Source: a virus (Duplodnaviria > Caudoviricetes). Taken from it: a stretch of DNA of 64,000 nt. Below, piece after piece: positions 1 through 9,535 of this stretch (positions are counted from its first letter, which is position 1; the number at the start of each line of letters is the position of its first letter). Both the position numbers and the translations under genes were made by a program. Where the stretch lies: the IMG/VR virus record IMGVR_UViG_3300048691_000224; one strand, 5' to 3'. The notes beneath the pieces were generated by a model that saw only the letters and a program-made list of their open reading frames with translations, had not been told where the DNA came from and did no database searches.

Positions 1-708
1 CGTGAAATTAACGAATACTTAGAATCTACTCGCATGATGTCTCGGACAGAGCTGAATGCTATTATCCGAGATCTCGATCCTGAAGCAGCAGAGCTCCAGA
101 CTCAAGGTTTCGCGCACAGTGTGTTGGGATATATGATGGTTGACAAAATCGCCGGCCTGACTCCTAATTTCCGTGTCGGTGTGACTAAAGCAGGATCTCT
201 CAAAGACCGCCACCCGTGGTTGTTTGCTGAGCCAGTTGCTCAGGCAATTGTCGATGGTGAAGATCCTGTTGTTCTGCAAGATGTGAAACCACCTAAACCA
301 GCCAAACCAAAGTTGGAGACTAAATCCGACATCGCCAAGCGAATTTTTGCTGGTCTGACTGACCGATCAAAAGCGAATGTGATCAGTGTGTTTATGCAGG
401 AATTGGGAACCACAGCCTCCGGCGCACAGACATATTATTATGCCGCTGGCGGTGAGAAGAGTGGTAAGGCTAAGAAGTCACCAATCGCCTCATCGACCGT
501 GACTAAAGCTACTTCTACAAAAACACCAAAAATTGGTGTAACTAAGAAGCAACTGGCTCAAGAAATTTTCACTAAATCAACAGATCAGTCTCGTGATGTA
601 ATTGTGCAGAAGTTTATGGATGAGTTATCGATGACAAAATTGGGTGCATCAACATACTTCTACAACGTTGGTGGGGCACGTGCTCGCGGTAAATCATCAA
701 TCAAATAA
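1..708 (+). CDS. Hypothetical protein with two tandem ~44-aa helical (possibly DNA-binding) domains; probably 5'-truncated by the window edge
   Basis: Frame is open from base 1 (CGT GAA ATT...). Repeats KSDIAKRIFAGLTDRSKANVISVFMQELGTTASGAQTYYYAAGG and KKQLAQEIFTKSTDQSRDVIVQKFMDELSMTKLGASTYFYNVGG are joined by K/P/S/T-rich linkers. Confidence 0.7.
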   Translation, partial: REINEYLESTRMMSRTELNAIIRDLDPEAAELQTQGFAHSVLGYMMVDKIAGLTPNFRVGVTKAGSLKDRHPWLFAEPVAQAIVDGEDPVVLQDVKPPKPAKPKLETKSDIAKRIFAGLTDRSKANVISVFMQELGTTASGAQTYYYAAGGEKSGKAKKSPIASSTVTKATSTKTPKIGVTKKQLAQEIFTKSTDQSRDVIVQKFMDELSMTKLGASTYFYNVGGARARGKSSIK

Positions 709-992
709 GGATATTTAAATAATGTCACGTATATCAGAGCGCTTTGCGCAAATTACAACAGATTATTCTGCATCAGAACTCGACGACAGTATTCGCACCG
801 AACTATTCATACTACATGAGTTTTTTGGATGCTCTTCATGATGACCTGTTGACGAGGCGAGCTGTGAATGAAATTTTCAAACAGCAACAAAAGAAGGCTG
901 CTTGTGCAAGGGTGGCTGTACTATTAGCAGAAGCAGCGACAACGTCTGCACGGTATTTCACTGGTGATTCCTGAGGTTACTGACGCTGTTAG

Positions 993-1226
993 TTGATTAT
1001 GCACACGATTTCAGAAATTACTCCAGTGAATTTGAGTCGAGGAACACAAACGGTTAACCTGTGTGAGGTTCCTCGAAATTCAACTATTTCACCAGTTTTC
1101 GCCGCAGAGGTGAAAATTAAGTTTCATCACATCGACGGTGCGTACTCACTGTGTACACTAGTCGGAACCGATAATGTTGTACACCTTAGTGCTTTTACGG
1201 ACGTTTTTATTTGGAGTGCAGAATGA
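993..1226 (+). CDS. Hypothetical phage protein
   Basis: ORF track; lies in a tightly packed run of small + strand ORFs. Confidence 0.55.
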   Translation: MIMHTISEITPVNLSRGTQTVNLCEVPRNSTISPVFAAEVKIKFHHIDGAYSLCTLVGTDNVVHLSAFTDVFIWSAE

Positions 1227-1543
1227 TAGAAACCACACATGTACCAATGATTGCAGCTCGGATGGTAGCTGACCTGCGTAACCAATCCGACACCCCGATG
1301 ATGCAGTGCACGCAAGCACCCATCGCCGCTGAAGGTGATATGGGACTAGCTTTTGAGTTTATTCGCAACGGCATTCCGCCTAAATCACGCCAGACGCTCT
1401 TCGAAGCACTAACTGGTTGGCGTGCTTATCAAATGAATAAACACGACCTCGGTGAAACTCACGTAGAAGATTCTATCAATCAGTTAACTCAGTATGAGTT
1501 TTTAAGAGAGATCAGTGATTACTTAGCGAATCCTGAACTTTGA
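1223..1543 (+). CDS. Hypothetical phage protein
   Basis: ATGA overlap with the upstream stop; ORF track. Confidence 0.6.
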   Translation: MIETTHVPMIAARMVADLRNQSDTPMMQCTQAPIAAEGDMGLAFEFIRNGIPPKSRQTLFEALTGWRAYQMNKHDLGETHVEDSINQLTQYEFLREISDYLANPEL

Positions 1544-1557
1544 ATAAACCCACTAAA

Positions 1558-1962
1558 ATGAAAATCAAAACATCTGAACTGACCGGCGCTGCCCTTGATT
1601 GGGCGGTGGCGATATTAGAGTGCCCAAAAGGCACTTATGGGGGCGAAGCCACACACTATAGTGGTAATAGAGGGGAGCGATGGATACGTATTCCAGACAA
1701 GCAGAATCGCACTTATGGGCTTGCTCAATATTCAACCAACTGGGCCCAAGGTGGGCCGATCATTGAGCGGGAGAAAGTCTCTACAGTAGCTTGGTACAGA
1801 GATGGACACTTAATCGAGTGGTCTTCAAAAATAGAAGGGTCTGTGACAAAGCAATTCGGCCCCACCCCCCTAGTCGCAGCCATGCGCTGCTTCGTAGCCA
1901 GCAAACTAGGTGATGAGGTGGAAATTCCAGAGGAACTTAGTCGAACAAAGATTCGATTGTAA
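1558..1962 (+). CDS. DUF2591/NinX-like phage protein
   Basis: N-terminal MKIKTSELTGAALDWAVA, YSTNWAQGGPIIERE and GPTPLVAAMRCFVASKLGDEVEIP motifs typical of the family. Confidence 0.85.
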   Translation: MKIKTSELTGAALDWAVAILECPKGTYGGEATHYSGNRGERWIRIPDKQNRTYGLAQYSTNWAQGGPIIEREKVSTVAWYRDGHLIEWSSKIEGSVTKQFGPTPLVAAMRCFVASKLGDEVEIPEELSRTKIRL

Positions 1963-2429
1963 TTAACAAGGAAACAATTTTGCAGACCACCGCCAGAGTT
2001 GAGTACTGGCAATGTACATGCGTCCACGTCTCGCTGCAAAACTACCACACCAAGATTCTACCTGGAGTCTGTGCAGCTTGTGAACGGCCGCACATTGTGG
2101 TACAGCGCCCTTTGCTATTAGCTCACGATATGGGTTTCGTTGTGATAAACGCCCCCAGCGCCTCGGTCCCATATGGGGAATCTCATCAGAGGTTCATGGG
2201 AAACGTGATTACGGCGCTATTTTGGATTGCGTATATGAGATGGCCACACAAGTGGCTGCCGCTAATGAATGGGATGTGGACAAAGCTATTAATAATGTAC
2301 TGAAGGGTGAGGGTTGGAAAATACTACTGACACACCACACAACACAGCCATCCACGACCGCATTGTAACTGATAGAATGGTAGTAGCCTGATTTCTCTCA
2401 GACAAAAAACTTTAACCAAGGAACTGCAA

Positions 2430-2579
2430 ATGAGATATCTGATAGAACGTGTGGACACATCATCCTGTTGGATAGAAGCTGATTCGGAGGATGATGCGGT
2501 ATTGAAGTCTAATGATGATGGTAATTGCTGGGATATTTGTGTTGGTGATCCTCAGTGTGTAGAGGTTGACCAAAATTGA
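2430..2579 (+). CDS. Small acidic hypothetical protein (49 aa, not in ORF track)
   Basis: RBS AAGGAA then ATG; translates MRYLIERVDTSSCWIEADSEDDAVLKSNDDGNCWDICVGDPQCVEVDQN. Confidence 0.55.
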   Translation: MRYLIERVDTSSCWIEADSEDDAVLKSNDDGNCWDICVGDPQCVEVDQN

Positions 2580-2742
2580 AATTATGAGCAAACCATGCAA
2601 CCAACAATTCGACATCAAAGGCTGGCTGTTGCGTATAACTGGTCACTCCTGTTACGCGTGTGGTCAGTCCAAATTATTACCTTGGCAAACTCACTGCAAA
2701 GTTTGCGGGTACAAACACTGACACTGTATTGAAAAATAACTG

Positions 2743-2780
2743 TTGACCTCATTCAGTTTTGGGGTATAATAGACCCTAAG
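2743..2780 (+). promoter_or_regulatory. Sigma70-type early promoter with overlapping dyad operator (copy 1)
   Basis: TTGACC-N16-TATAAT; TTGGGGT-ATAATAG-ACCCTAA. Confidence 0.85.
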
Positions 2781-2803
2781 TTCACCACTAATAAAGGAAA
2801 ATT

Positions 2804-3151
2804 ATGAATCTAGAAACACTGCAATGCATTGCTCGCATCAATACTTTAGTATCGTACATTGCTGATTCTTGGTCTGATGAAGAAATCAGCTCTTATCTAA
2901 ATGCGGATATTCTCCAGGCCTTCGTAACTGAACTCGCAACTGCGGAAGCACTGCGTGCCAGCGCTCTCATTGAATTAGAGAACACCGCTCGTGAAAACGC
3001 CAAGAAGGCAGCGCTCGTGAAAATCGAAGAATTGATGAGAAGTGCACAGGAAATTGCCACCGCTGCGGGTGTTCCCTTTGTCGTACCCACGACTGAAAAA
3101 GCGGAAGAATTTGAAGAATCAGATTCTTGGTCGAATTCAAATTGCTACTGA
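2804..3151 (+). CDS. Small helical protein with an acidic C-terminal tail ending EESDSWSNSNCY
   Basis: RBS AAAGGA. The segment AQEIATAAGVPF resembles AEIIADKAGVSF of ORF 20864..21106. Confidence 0.75.
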   Translation: MNLETLQCIARINTLVSYIADSWSDEEISSYLNADILQAFVTELATAEALRASALIELENTARENAKKAALVKIEELMRSAQEIATAAGVPFVVPTTEKAEEFEESDSWSNSNCY

Positions 3152-3152
3152 T

Positions 3153-4127
3153 ATGAAGATCGCCATTATCGGGTCGACAGCACTGGCCCGTTTCTTGCCA
3201 CTCCGAGTCCCAAAAGACTTGGACATTGTTGGTTCGTACGACGACATCATTAAATACTGTAACCATAAAGTGGTAGAGTACGGTGGTAAGATTGTCGCAC
3301 AATACCCCGCATCTGGTGGCAATAAGCTGATCACAAAGATTGATTCAGGCTTACGCACTCTGATTATTGAGGCTGAGATCGCGTGGTCGGGATCACTCTC
3401 GGAAGAATTGCTCGAGATGATTATTGGGGATGTGTGCACAAAATCTAAATATGACACAACTTCCCCAGATAAACTCGGATATTCTCACACCATTGTAGAA
3501 TACTATCCATCGATCGACATCCTGTATATGCTCAAGATGTCGCACCGATATCTAAAAAATTCTCCACACTTTCTGAAGACGATGGAAGATATCCACACCC
3601 TGCGCTCAATGGGTGCACATATTCGTGAGTGTGATCAAGAATTCTATGCGAAGCGCATGGAAGCAACGTATAGTTATTCTCACCCCAGCCTGATGAAATC
3701 GACTTCTGAATTTTTCTCTGGTGATGGGGTTGAGTACAAATATTGTCATGATGACGTCCACATCGCCGTAGCAATTCTCAGTAGACCAGCATATACATTC
3801 TACCAGAAAGCTGGTGCTGAGGTTCAGTGTTGTAAGGAAAAGTTTTTTGCTGTGCATTCAGAAGTTCGTCTATATGGGGTTCTGGAAGAGGCATACGTGC
3901 TTGCTCTTGAGCGCTCAATTATTCCGTTTGGAACTGAGCCATCAAAGGCGTTTAAGATGGCACTGATGAAAGTCTGTACATCCATCACTTCTGGCTGGTT
4001 TCGTGAATTTGCATACGAGCACTACTATGAGGTGTGCAACTTGTATGAGATGATGGGTGATAGGTTCGTGCGTGATTTTCATTATGCGCACCGTATTGGC
4101 GCAGTTAGATTTTTCTCTCCCCCATGA
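3153..4127 (+). CDS. Putative Pol-beta-superfamily nucleotidyltransferase-like protein with a large helical C-terminal domain
   Basis: ATG at 3153 follows the upstream stop by 1 nt. N-terminal IIGSTALARF...PKDLDIVG fits the GS...DxD motif; C-terminal motifs YCHDDVH, EEAYVLALERS, TSGWFREF. Confidence 0.6.
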   Translation: MKIAIIGSTALARFLPLRVPKDLDIVGSYDDIIKYCNHKVVEYGGKIVAQYPASGGNKLITKIDSGLRTLIIEAEIAWSGSLSEELLEMIIGDVCTKSKYDTTSPDKLGYSHTIVEYYPSIDILYMLKMSHRYLKNSPHFLKTMEDIHTLRSMGAHIRECDQEFYAKRMEATYSYSHPSLMKSTSEFFSGDGVEYKYCHDDVHIAVAILSRPAYTFYQKAGAEVQCCKEKFFAVHSEVRLYGVLEEAYVLALERSIIPFGTEPSKAFKMALMKVCTSITSGWFREFAYEHYYEVCNLYEMMGDRFVRDFHYAHRIGAVRFFSPP

Positions 4128-4330
4128 TTACCACCGCAGTAAAAGACTATTTGGGAAATGTACTGTCTGTGGGTGACGAGGTGGTATTTGTTCAACAAAA
4201 TTACCGCAACTACTTACGAGGTACCATAACCACATTTACCCCAAAGTTTGTTCGGATTAGTTGGACAACTGGCTCAGACACTCAGCAAATTTTACAGACT
4301 GGGAGTCAGTTAATCAAAGTGTTAAAATAA
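4124..4330 (+). CDS. Small hypothetical phage protein (SH3/KOW-like)
   Basis: KDYLGNVLSVGDEVVF motif; ATGA overlap. Confidence 0.55.
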   Translation: MITTAVKDYLGNVLSVGDEVVFVQQNYRNYLRGTITTFTPKFVRISWTTGSDTQQILQTGSQLIKVLK

Positions 4331-4357
4331 AAAAAGGCTCCTTCAAGGAGCCTTTTT
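4331..4357. terminator. Bidirectional intrinsic terminator
   Basis: A5-GGCTCCTT-C-AAGGAGCC-T5 between convergent genes. Confidence 0.85.
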
Positions 4358-4371
4358 ATTGGTTGGGTAAA

Positions 4372-4848
4372 TTATTTTTGTGCTTCGGGCGCAGCGATGC
4401 GAACCACATCAAGGGAGCTGAGACCTTCCATAGCAGCACCAGTATCAGCAGCACCCTTGGTCGCATTCACTAAACCGAGAGCACCATTGATGCGCAGACC
4501 ATACAGACCCAGTGCAGTTTTGGTGATATCCTTAAATACTTCCATAGCTTCATTCACAGGTGCAGCAATTGTGGGTGCAGCACTCTGAGTCACAGCACCT
4601 GATGCAGCCTTCATGTTGGAGAATGTTAAGAATGCACCCATACGGCACATATCCGTGTCACACTTAGCTCCAACATCAGAAGCCGCTTTGGAAAGAGCCT
4701 TATCAGCATCTGCCTTTTGTTGAGCCTCGGAAATGCCTCGCTGGCTGGCTGCTGTGTGTGCTGCGACATATGCATCATTGCCGTTTGTTGCACAACCCAT
4801 TATCACAGCCGCACACAGTGCGATTAACGTAAGTTTCAAATAGTTCAT
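4372..4848 (-). CDS. Late-expressed lipoprotein
   Basis: Lipobox signal MNYLKLTLIALCAAVIMG-C; Ala-rich helical body; TATAAATA on the minus strand at 4879-4886. Confidence 0.75.
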   Translation of the reverse strand: MNYLKLTLIALCAAVIMGCATNGNDAYVAAHTAASQRGISEAQQKADADKALSKAASDVGAKCDTDMCRMGAFLTFSNMKAASGAVTQSAAPTIAAPVNEAMEVFKDITKTALGLYGLRINGALGLVNATKGAADTGAAMEGLSSLDVVRIAAPEAQK

Positions 4849-4907
4849 GGTAATTTCACTTTCTTCGTAGTATTTGAGTATTTATACGAAGTTTATCAAA
4901 ATATTCG

Positions 4908-4950
4908 TTGACTCTGCTCAAAATTAGGGTATAATAGACCCTAAGAGCAA
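4908..4950 (+). promoter_or_regulatory. Sigma70-type early promoter with dyad operator (copy 2)
   Basis: TTGACT-N16-TATAAT; TTAGGGT-ATAATAG-ACCCTAAGAGCAA. Confidence 0.9.
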
Positions 4951-4972
4951 AAACATCATAAGGAATTTAAAA

Positions 4973-5062
4973 ATGTCGATTAAAGAATTTTTCCAGTGCA
5001 TCGTACTAGCAGCTATTTTTTCAGGACCATTTTTGGTTGAAATTGTCAAGGAATTTGTGTAA
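4973..5062 (+). CDS. 29-aa single-TM microprotein (not in ORF track)
   Basis: RBS AAGGA after an early promoter; MSIKEFFQCIVLAAIFSGPFLVEIVKEFV. Confidence 0.55.
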   Translation: MSIKEFFQCIVLAAIFSGPFLVEIVKEFV

Positions 5063-5226
5063 TGAATGATGTGTTCAACGTCGTATCTGAAGTCGGCGAA
5101 ATTGCCACCGTATTATTCTCATCTGAGATGTTTGATGAGTGTGTGAGATACATTGTGGACGGCGACTTGCTTGCTGATTCGGATGTTTTCATTCAAAATC
5201 AGGATGGCGACATCTTTGGTTTTTAA
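5062..5226 (+). CDS. Small acidic hypothetical protein (54 aa, not in ORF track)
   Basis: TAATG overlap with the previous ORF; MNDVFNVVSEVGEIA...QDGDIFGF. Confidence 0.5.
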   Translation: MNDVFNVVSEVGEIATVLFSSEMFDECVRYIVDGDLLADSDVFIQNQDGDIFGF

Positions 5227-5234
5227 TTGAACTG

Positions 5235-5263
5235 TTGACTTATTGACACAAGTATTCTATAAT
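5235..5263 (+). promoter_or_regulatory. Sigma70-type early promoter without the dyad
   Basis: TTGACT-N17-TATAAT. Confidence 0.8.
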
Positions 5264-5295
5264 TTACTACCCAATCAAATACTGGAGAGCCTTAC

Positions 5296-5502
5296 ATGAA
5301 ATCACCGATCTTTACACAGTTGACACAACTTGATATCGCAGTTTTGATCTCCGCCCTTGGTGACTTCGAACTGAAATCCGATAATAACTCAATCGCCGCC
5401 AACCGAAATGGTGATGATGAGAAGGCAGCGCGCTGCATGCAATCCTCAATGGCAGCATTCAAATTACGCCGCCAATTAATGGACAGTGCACAAAATGGGT
5501 AA
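5296..5502 (+). CDS. Hypothetical protein
   Basis: RBS GGAGAG; follows the promoter. Confidence 0.6.
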   Translation: MKSPIFTQLTQLDIAVLISALGDFELKSDNNSIAANRNGDDEKAARCMQSSMAAFKLRRQLMDSAQNG

Positions 5503-5947
5503 TATTACCCGCCGCGCAGGGCTGATCCCATACCTCTTTAGCCCGAATGGGCAGCTTGTGATGGGATTTATGGTTCCATCAGATTCAGCATTCGGTGGCA
5601 TGATGCCACAAATTGCAAAAGGAACTGTGGATGATGGTGAAACTGACCTACAGGCAGCGATGCGTGAGTGTGAGGAAGAACTAGGCGTAAGTAGCGCACA
5701 CTACGCATCAACACCGCACTTAGTAGCAACGTCTGTTGGCAACACCCCATTAGTGGTGTATGCTGTCAATATTCTAACTTGCACTAATTTAAACGAACCA
5801 CACTTCGAAACTGGTCGAGTTGTGTTTCTCACCGCCGATGAATTCTATGCAATTGGTCGTGATTGGCAACGCCTTGCGGTATCAGAGATCGCGAATAAAC
5901 TCGAATCTGGCCACCGCATCACTAAACCACGAAGCTTTCGCAAATAA
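5495..5947 (+). CDS. Nudix hydrolase
   Basis: Nudix box KGTVDDGETDLQAAMRECEEELG; paralog of 46161..46628 (shared MPQIAKG). Confidence 0.9.
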   Translation: MGNITRRAGLIPYLFSPNGQLVMGFMVPSDSAFGGMMPQIAKGTVDDGETDLQAAMRECEEELGVSSAHYASTPHLVATSVGNTPLVVYAVNILTCTNLNEPHFETGRVVFLTADEFYAIGRDWQRLAVSEIANKLESGHRITKPRSFRK

Positions 5948-5967
5948 TAACCCAACCTATTCTTCCT

Positions 5968-7854
5968 ATGGATACTACACAAAAATTAGCACTGTACACC
6001 GAGGCTAAAGACGCCTACTACAACACTGGCACACCTCTCATGTCTGATGCAGAGTTTGATGCGCTTGAGTTAGACCTCATCGATTCAGGCGCACTCACTA
6101 TGACTAAAGTGGGAGCGCCTGAACGCGCGGGTAAGGTAGCACTACCCACACCAATGGGATCATTGGACCAATTGCGTACAAATGCTGAAATTCTTCGTTG
6201 GACGAGCAAATATCCTGGAGAGGTGATCGTCATCAGCGAGAAAATTGACGGCAACAGTTTACTACTGCAGTACAAGTCAGGGGTATTGGTTGGATCATTC
6301 TCTCGTGGTGACGGGCTCCGAGGCGCAAATAACCTGCGACACTCACAGCATATCACATCAGTCATTACCAAACTCCCATTTCAATACACTGGCACAATTC
6401 GTGGTGAAGTTGTTGTGGCGAAAGCTGACTGGAGCACAATTCAATCAATTGCTGCTGCTTCTGGAAAGGTCTACGCCAACTCACGCAACTTTGTAGCTGG
6501 ATTCATGAATGCTTCAGAGTCTGACCTTGCGATCTACAAATATCTAACATTTGTGGCATACCAGGTCACTCCAAGTCACTCTACCCCTTTGGACAAGTTG
6601 GATCAATTTGCGCTATTACAGCGCGGTGGCTTCACAATTCCTACAGTCGTGCAGTATGTTGCACACGCAGTCAATGAAAATCGCCTGATTGAGTTGACGA
6701 AAAATATGATCACACAATCTCGATATGAGCTCGATGGTTGTGTTGCTGAAATCAATTCGAGTCGCTTTCATTCGATTCCGACAGATCCCACCAATCTCAA
6801 CCCTCCACACGGTCGTAAATTCAAAGTCATCTCAGATGCCGCAAGCGCTGTGACCACCGTGACTCACGTTGAATGGAATATATCCAAGCACGGATTACTG
6901 AAGCCTCTCATTCACTTTACCCCAATCTCACTCGATGGAGCTACGATTACTAAGGCGACGGGACACAACGCACGAATGATGCAAGACAAACAAATCGGAG
7001 AGGGCGCGGTAATTCGCATCGCTCGATCAGGCGGCGTGATTCCAAAATTAGTTGATGTCATCAATCCTGGAAACTTTGTGTTGCCACCCGATTGTACGTG
7101 GAATGGAGCAGGAGTAGAATTGGTTAGTGCGACAGCATCATCACCAACCGAAGAGATTGAAAAACTAGCATACTTTTTTCAAAAGTTGGAGGTTGATGGA
7201 GCAAGCATTGGTGCTGCAGAAAAGTTACACAGTGCAGGATTGACCACGTGGATCGCGGTTGTGACTGCTCCTCAAGAAACTTACACTCAGGTGATTGGAA
7301 AGGCTAATGGAGCAAAGATCTTCAAAAACTTACACGCCGCACTCGATGAAGTATTGTTCGCCAAGTTTGCAGCGGCGTGTTGTGTATTTGATCGCGGAAT
7401 TGGCGAGCGCAAGCTAACAGATGTTATCAACCAATTGAAACTCACTGATCACTATCAAGTTCTTCTCCAACCACGCTCAGCATTCTTGGAGCTTGATGGC
7501 ATCCAAGCAACGTCTGCGGATAAATTGGTAGCAGGATTAGCCGAGTTGCACAAGCAGTTGAAAACACTCGAAAATGCATCATCCACAAAAATTTCATTCA
7601 CCCGCAGCGTGCCTGTTAAGAGTGTTACTTCAGGTGCACTTATTAATCAAGTGATTTGTACGACAGGTGTCAGACTGAGTCCAGAACAGAAGGACAGTAT
7701 AGTAGCACTCGGTGGAGAAGTGACAGATACACTTTCAACTGCAGTTACTATCCTGGTAGCAAAGGATCCTGACAGTACAAGCGCTAAGATTGTAAAAGCT
7801 AGATCTCGTGGAGTGACAGTCATGTCCCTTGCTGATTTTGTGGCTAAACTCTAA
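5968..7854 (+). CDS. ligA: NAD-dependent DNA ligase with C-terminal BRCT
   Basis: MSDAEFDALE, PMGSL, active site EKIDGNS, SRGDG, RGEVV, NSRNFVAG, ELDGCV, OB-fold RSGGVIPK, HhH region, BRCT (LGGEVTDTLS...LVA...SAKIVKARSRGVTVM). Confidence 0.97.
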   Translation: MDTTQKLALYTEAKDAYYNTGTPLMSDAEFDALELDLIDSGALTMTKVGAPERAGKVALPTPMGSLDQLRTNAEILRWTSKYPGEVIVISEKIDGNSLLLQYKSGVLVGSFSRGDGLRGANNLRHSQHITSVITKLPFQYTGTIRGEVVVAKADWSTIQSIAAASGKVYANSRNFVAGFMNASESDLAIYKYLTFVAYQVTPSHSTPLDKLDQFALLQRGGFTIPTVVQYVAHAVNENRLIELTKNMITQSRYELDGCVAEINSSRFHSIPTDPTNLNPPHGRKFKVISDAASAVTTVTHVEWNISKHGLLKPLIHFTPISLDGATITKATGHNARMMQDKQIGEGAVIRIARSGGVIPKLVDVINPGNFVLPPDCTWNGAGVELVSATASSPTEEIEKLAYFFQKLEVDGASIGAAEKLHSAGLTTWIAVVTAPQETYTQVIGKANGAKIFKNLHAALDEVLFAKFAAACCVFDRGIGERKLTDVINQLKLTDHYQVLLQPRSAFLELDGIQATSADKLVAGLAELHKQLKTLENASSTKISFTRSVPVKSVTSGALINQVICTTGVRLSPEQKDSIVALGGEVTDTLSTAVTILVAKDPDSTSAKIVKARSRGVTVMSLADFVAKL

Positions 7855-7864
7855 AGAAACTACC

Positions 7865-8437
7865 ATGCTAGAAATCGAACGCAAGTGGCTATTAAAACCT
7901 CAATCTATTGAAGTACTCTTGTCATACCTTGCCCAACACAACCAATTTGTGTGCTCTCCGTATATAAACCGGATCACTCAGTGGTATTCACCGACTGTAG
8001 TTGGTAAGTGCACCATGCGAATCCGAAACATTCATACTACCCACCGAAATATGGGATGGAGTGATCGGGTAGTAGAGTTGTACAACAAAGATCGTAACTA
8101 TATCACATTCAAATCACCAACAAAATTTGGATTGACTGTCCGTAACGAATTTGAATCGCTACTGGCACTCTCTAATGATGAGCGTGACGAGTTAATTGTT
8201 GAGTTGGAGATGGATCACACACGTGCCCAAAAAACTAGGCACTGCGTTGAATACAGTACTCCTGAAGGTATATTTGTGCTTGAGATTGACGAGTACGCAA
8301 ATGGAACACTAGTACTGGAGATGGAGAGTGCATCTACCACACCACTGTGCTCAGAACTCACCGCCATCATAGATAAAGAGATCTCAGGTGACGCAAAATT
8401 TCTTAATTCAAATTGGAAGCACATGAAGACGTTGTAA
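7865..8437 (+). CDS. CYTH/triphosphate tunnel metalloenzyme-like protein
   Basis: N-terminal LEIERKWLL (ExExK), MRIR, RNEFE, KTR, LEIDEY, LEME, GDAKFLNS. Confidence 0.85.
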   Translation: MLEIERKWLLKPQSIEVLLSYLAQHNQFVCSPYINRITQWYSPTVVGKCTMRIRNIHTTHRNMGWSDRVVELYNKDRNYITFKSPTKFGLTVRNEFESLLALSNDERDELIVELEMDHTRAQKTRHCVEYSTPEGIFVLEIDEYANGTLVLEMESASTTPLCSELTAIIDKEISGDAKFLNSNWKHMKTL

Positions 8438-8523
8438 CCAAATACCCTATCTTATACAATAACCATCAGGAGACAAGTGAGTCTCCAATAACCAAATCAC
8501 TTTTCATACAATCTAAGGAAATT

Positions 8524-9015
8524 ATGAGTACACCATCTACTACATGGCAAGAACGCCTCTCTATCGCAAAACACTTCAACATGACTGATCCACAGATTCT
8601 CTCGACATTCGGTGCTACACCAGTCGAGCTGACCACTGCCAACAGTTTGGTTGCAAAGGGTATCATCAAAGTACAACCGTTGTCTGAAGTTGACCAATTA
8701 GTGTGGGCAACCAAACTCACACAAACTGCTAAACCAACAGAAATTATAGCATCCACCTCACTGTCTGCTCCGCAATCTACAATTGCTAGTAGCAACACCA
8801 AGCCTCAAGCTAAGCGAGGCCGTACAGGTAGTAAGATCGTAAATGCTTTGAACTCCGTTCCGACCATTCCAACTCCAGTTGATAGCTTCCTCGCAGAACA
8901 CAAGATTTCCAAGACGATTTTGCGTCAAAGCAAGCGCTTCTTGCCTGTTCCTATCAAAATCAGCATTCGTGTGGATAAAACAACAGGCGTGGAGATGATT
9001 TCCCGCTGCTTGTGA
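8524..9015 (+). CDS. Hypothetical basic phage protein
   Basis: RBS TAAGGA; basic KRGRTGSKI and LRQSKRF segments. Confidence 0.7.
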   Translation: MSTPSTTWQERLSIAKHFNMTDPQILSTFGATPVELTTANSLVAKGIIKVQPLSEVDQLVWATKLTQTAKPTEIIASTSLSAPQSTIASSNTKPQAKRGRTGSKIVNALNSVPTIPTPVDSFLAEHKISKTILRQSKRFLPVPIKISIRVDKTTGVEMISRCL

Positions 9016-9032
9016 TGTGTTAATTTGTAGTG

Positions 9033-9072
9033 TTGACCTTTGCGCAAACTTAGGGTATAATAGACCCTAAGT
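9033..9072 (+). promoter_or_regulatory. Sigma70-type early promoter with dyad operator (copy 3)
   Basis: TTGACC-N17-TATAAT; 9-bp arms ACTTAGGGT-ATAATAG-ACCCTAAGT. Confidence 0.9.
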
Positions 9073-9127
9073 GCGAGAGACAGACTTATCTCGCACAATA
9101 ATTGTCTAATAAACTAAGGAATTATAC

Positions 9128-9382
9128 ATGATCAATACATCTCAAGAACATACGTGCAAAACATTACGCCGCGCGGCCAAAGTTCGGATTAAGTTCGATC
9201 CTGAGAATTCAGAGCACCGCTATTCCGTTCATTTTTTCAATAAGAATGGTTTTTGGCATGAAGGAAACTGCCCATTCGACCTTTCGTGGCCATTCTTGTC
9301 GATCCCACAGCAGTGTATGCAGTTGTTGCTTGATTATTACACAAGCAACGACAGTGAAATTCAGGCACGGATTGGTTCATAA
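9128..9382 (+). CDS. Conserved myophage hypothetical protein
   Basis: RBS TAAGGA; FDPENSEHR...CPF...LLDYY pattern recalled from T4-like hypothetical proteins. Confidence 0.65.
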   Translation: MINTSQEHTCKTLRRAAKVRIKFDPENSEHRYSVHFFNKNGFWHEGNCPFDLSWPFLSIPQQCMQLLLDYYTSNDSEIQARIGS

Positions 9383-9535
9383 GTACCTATCCAGTTACTG
9401 TTGGTGCTTGGCACCCTAAATAGTTCAAAGCTAGTTACCACAATTTGTGTAAACATTATTGAAATAACAATCTGAAGTCTACACACGATGGCTATTGCAT
9501 TGTGTGAGTATTTTTGTGGTACATCAGCGTAAAAT

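Noticed and set aside
4924-4944. TTAGGG/CCCTAA as telomere-like repeats
   Set aside because: They are single inverted half-sites around a -10 box, not tandem arrays.
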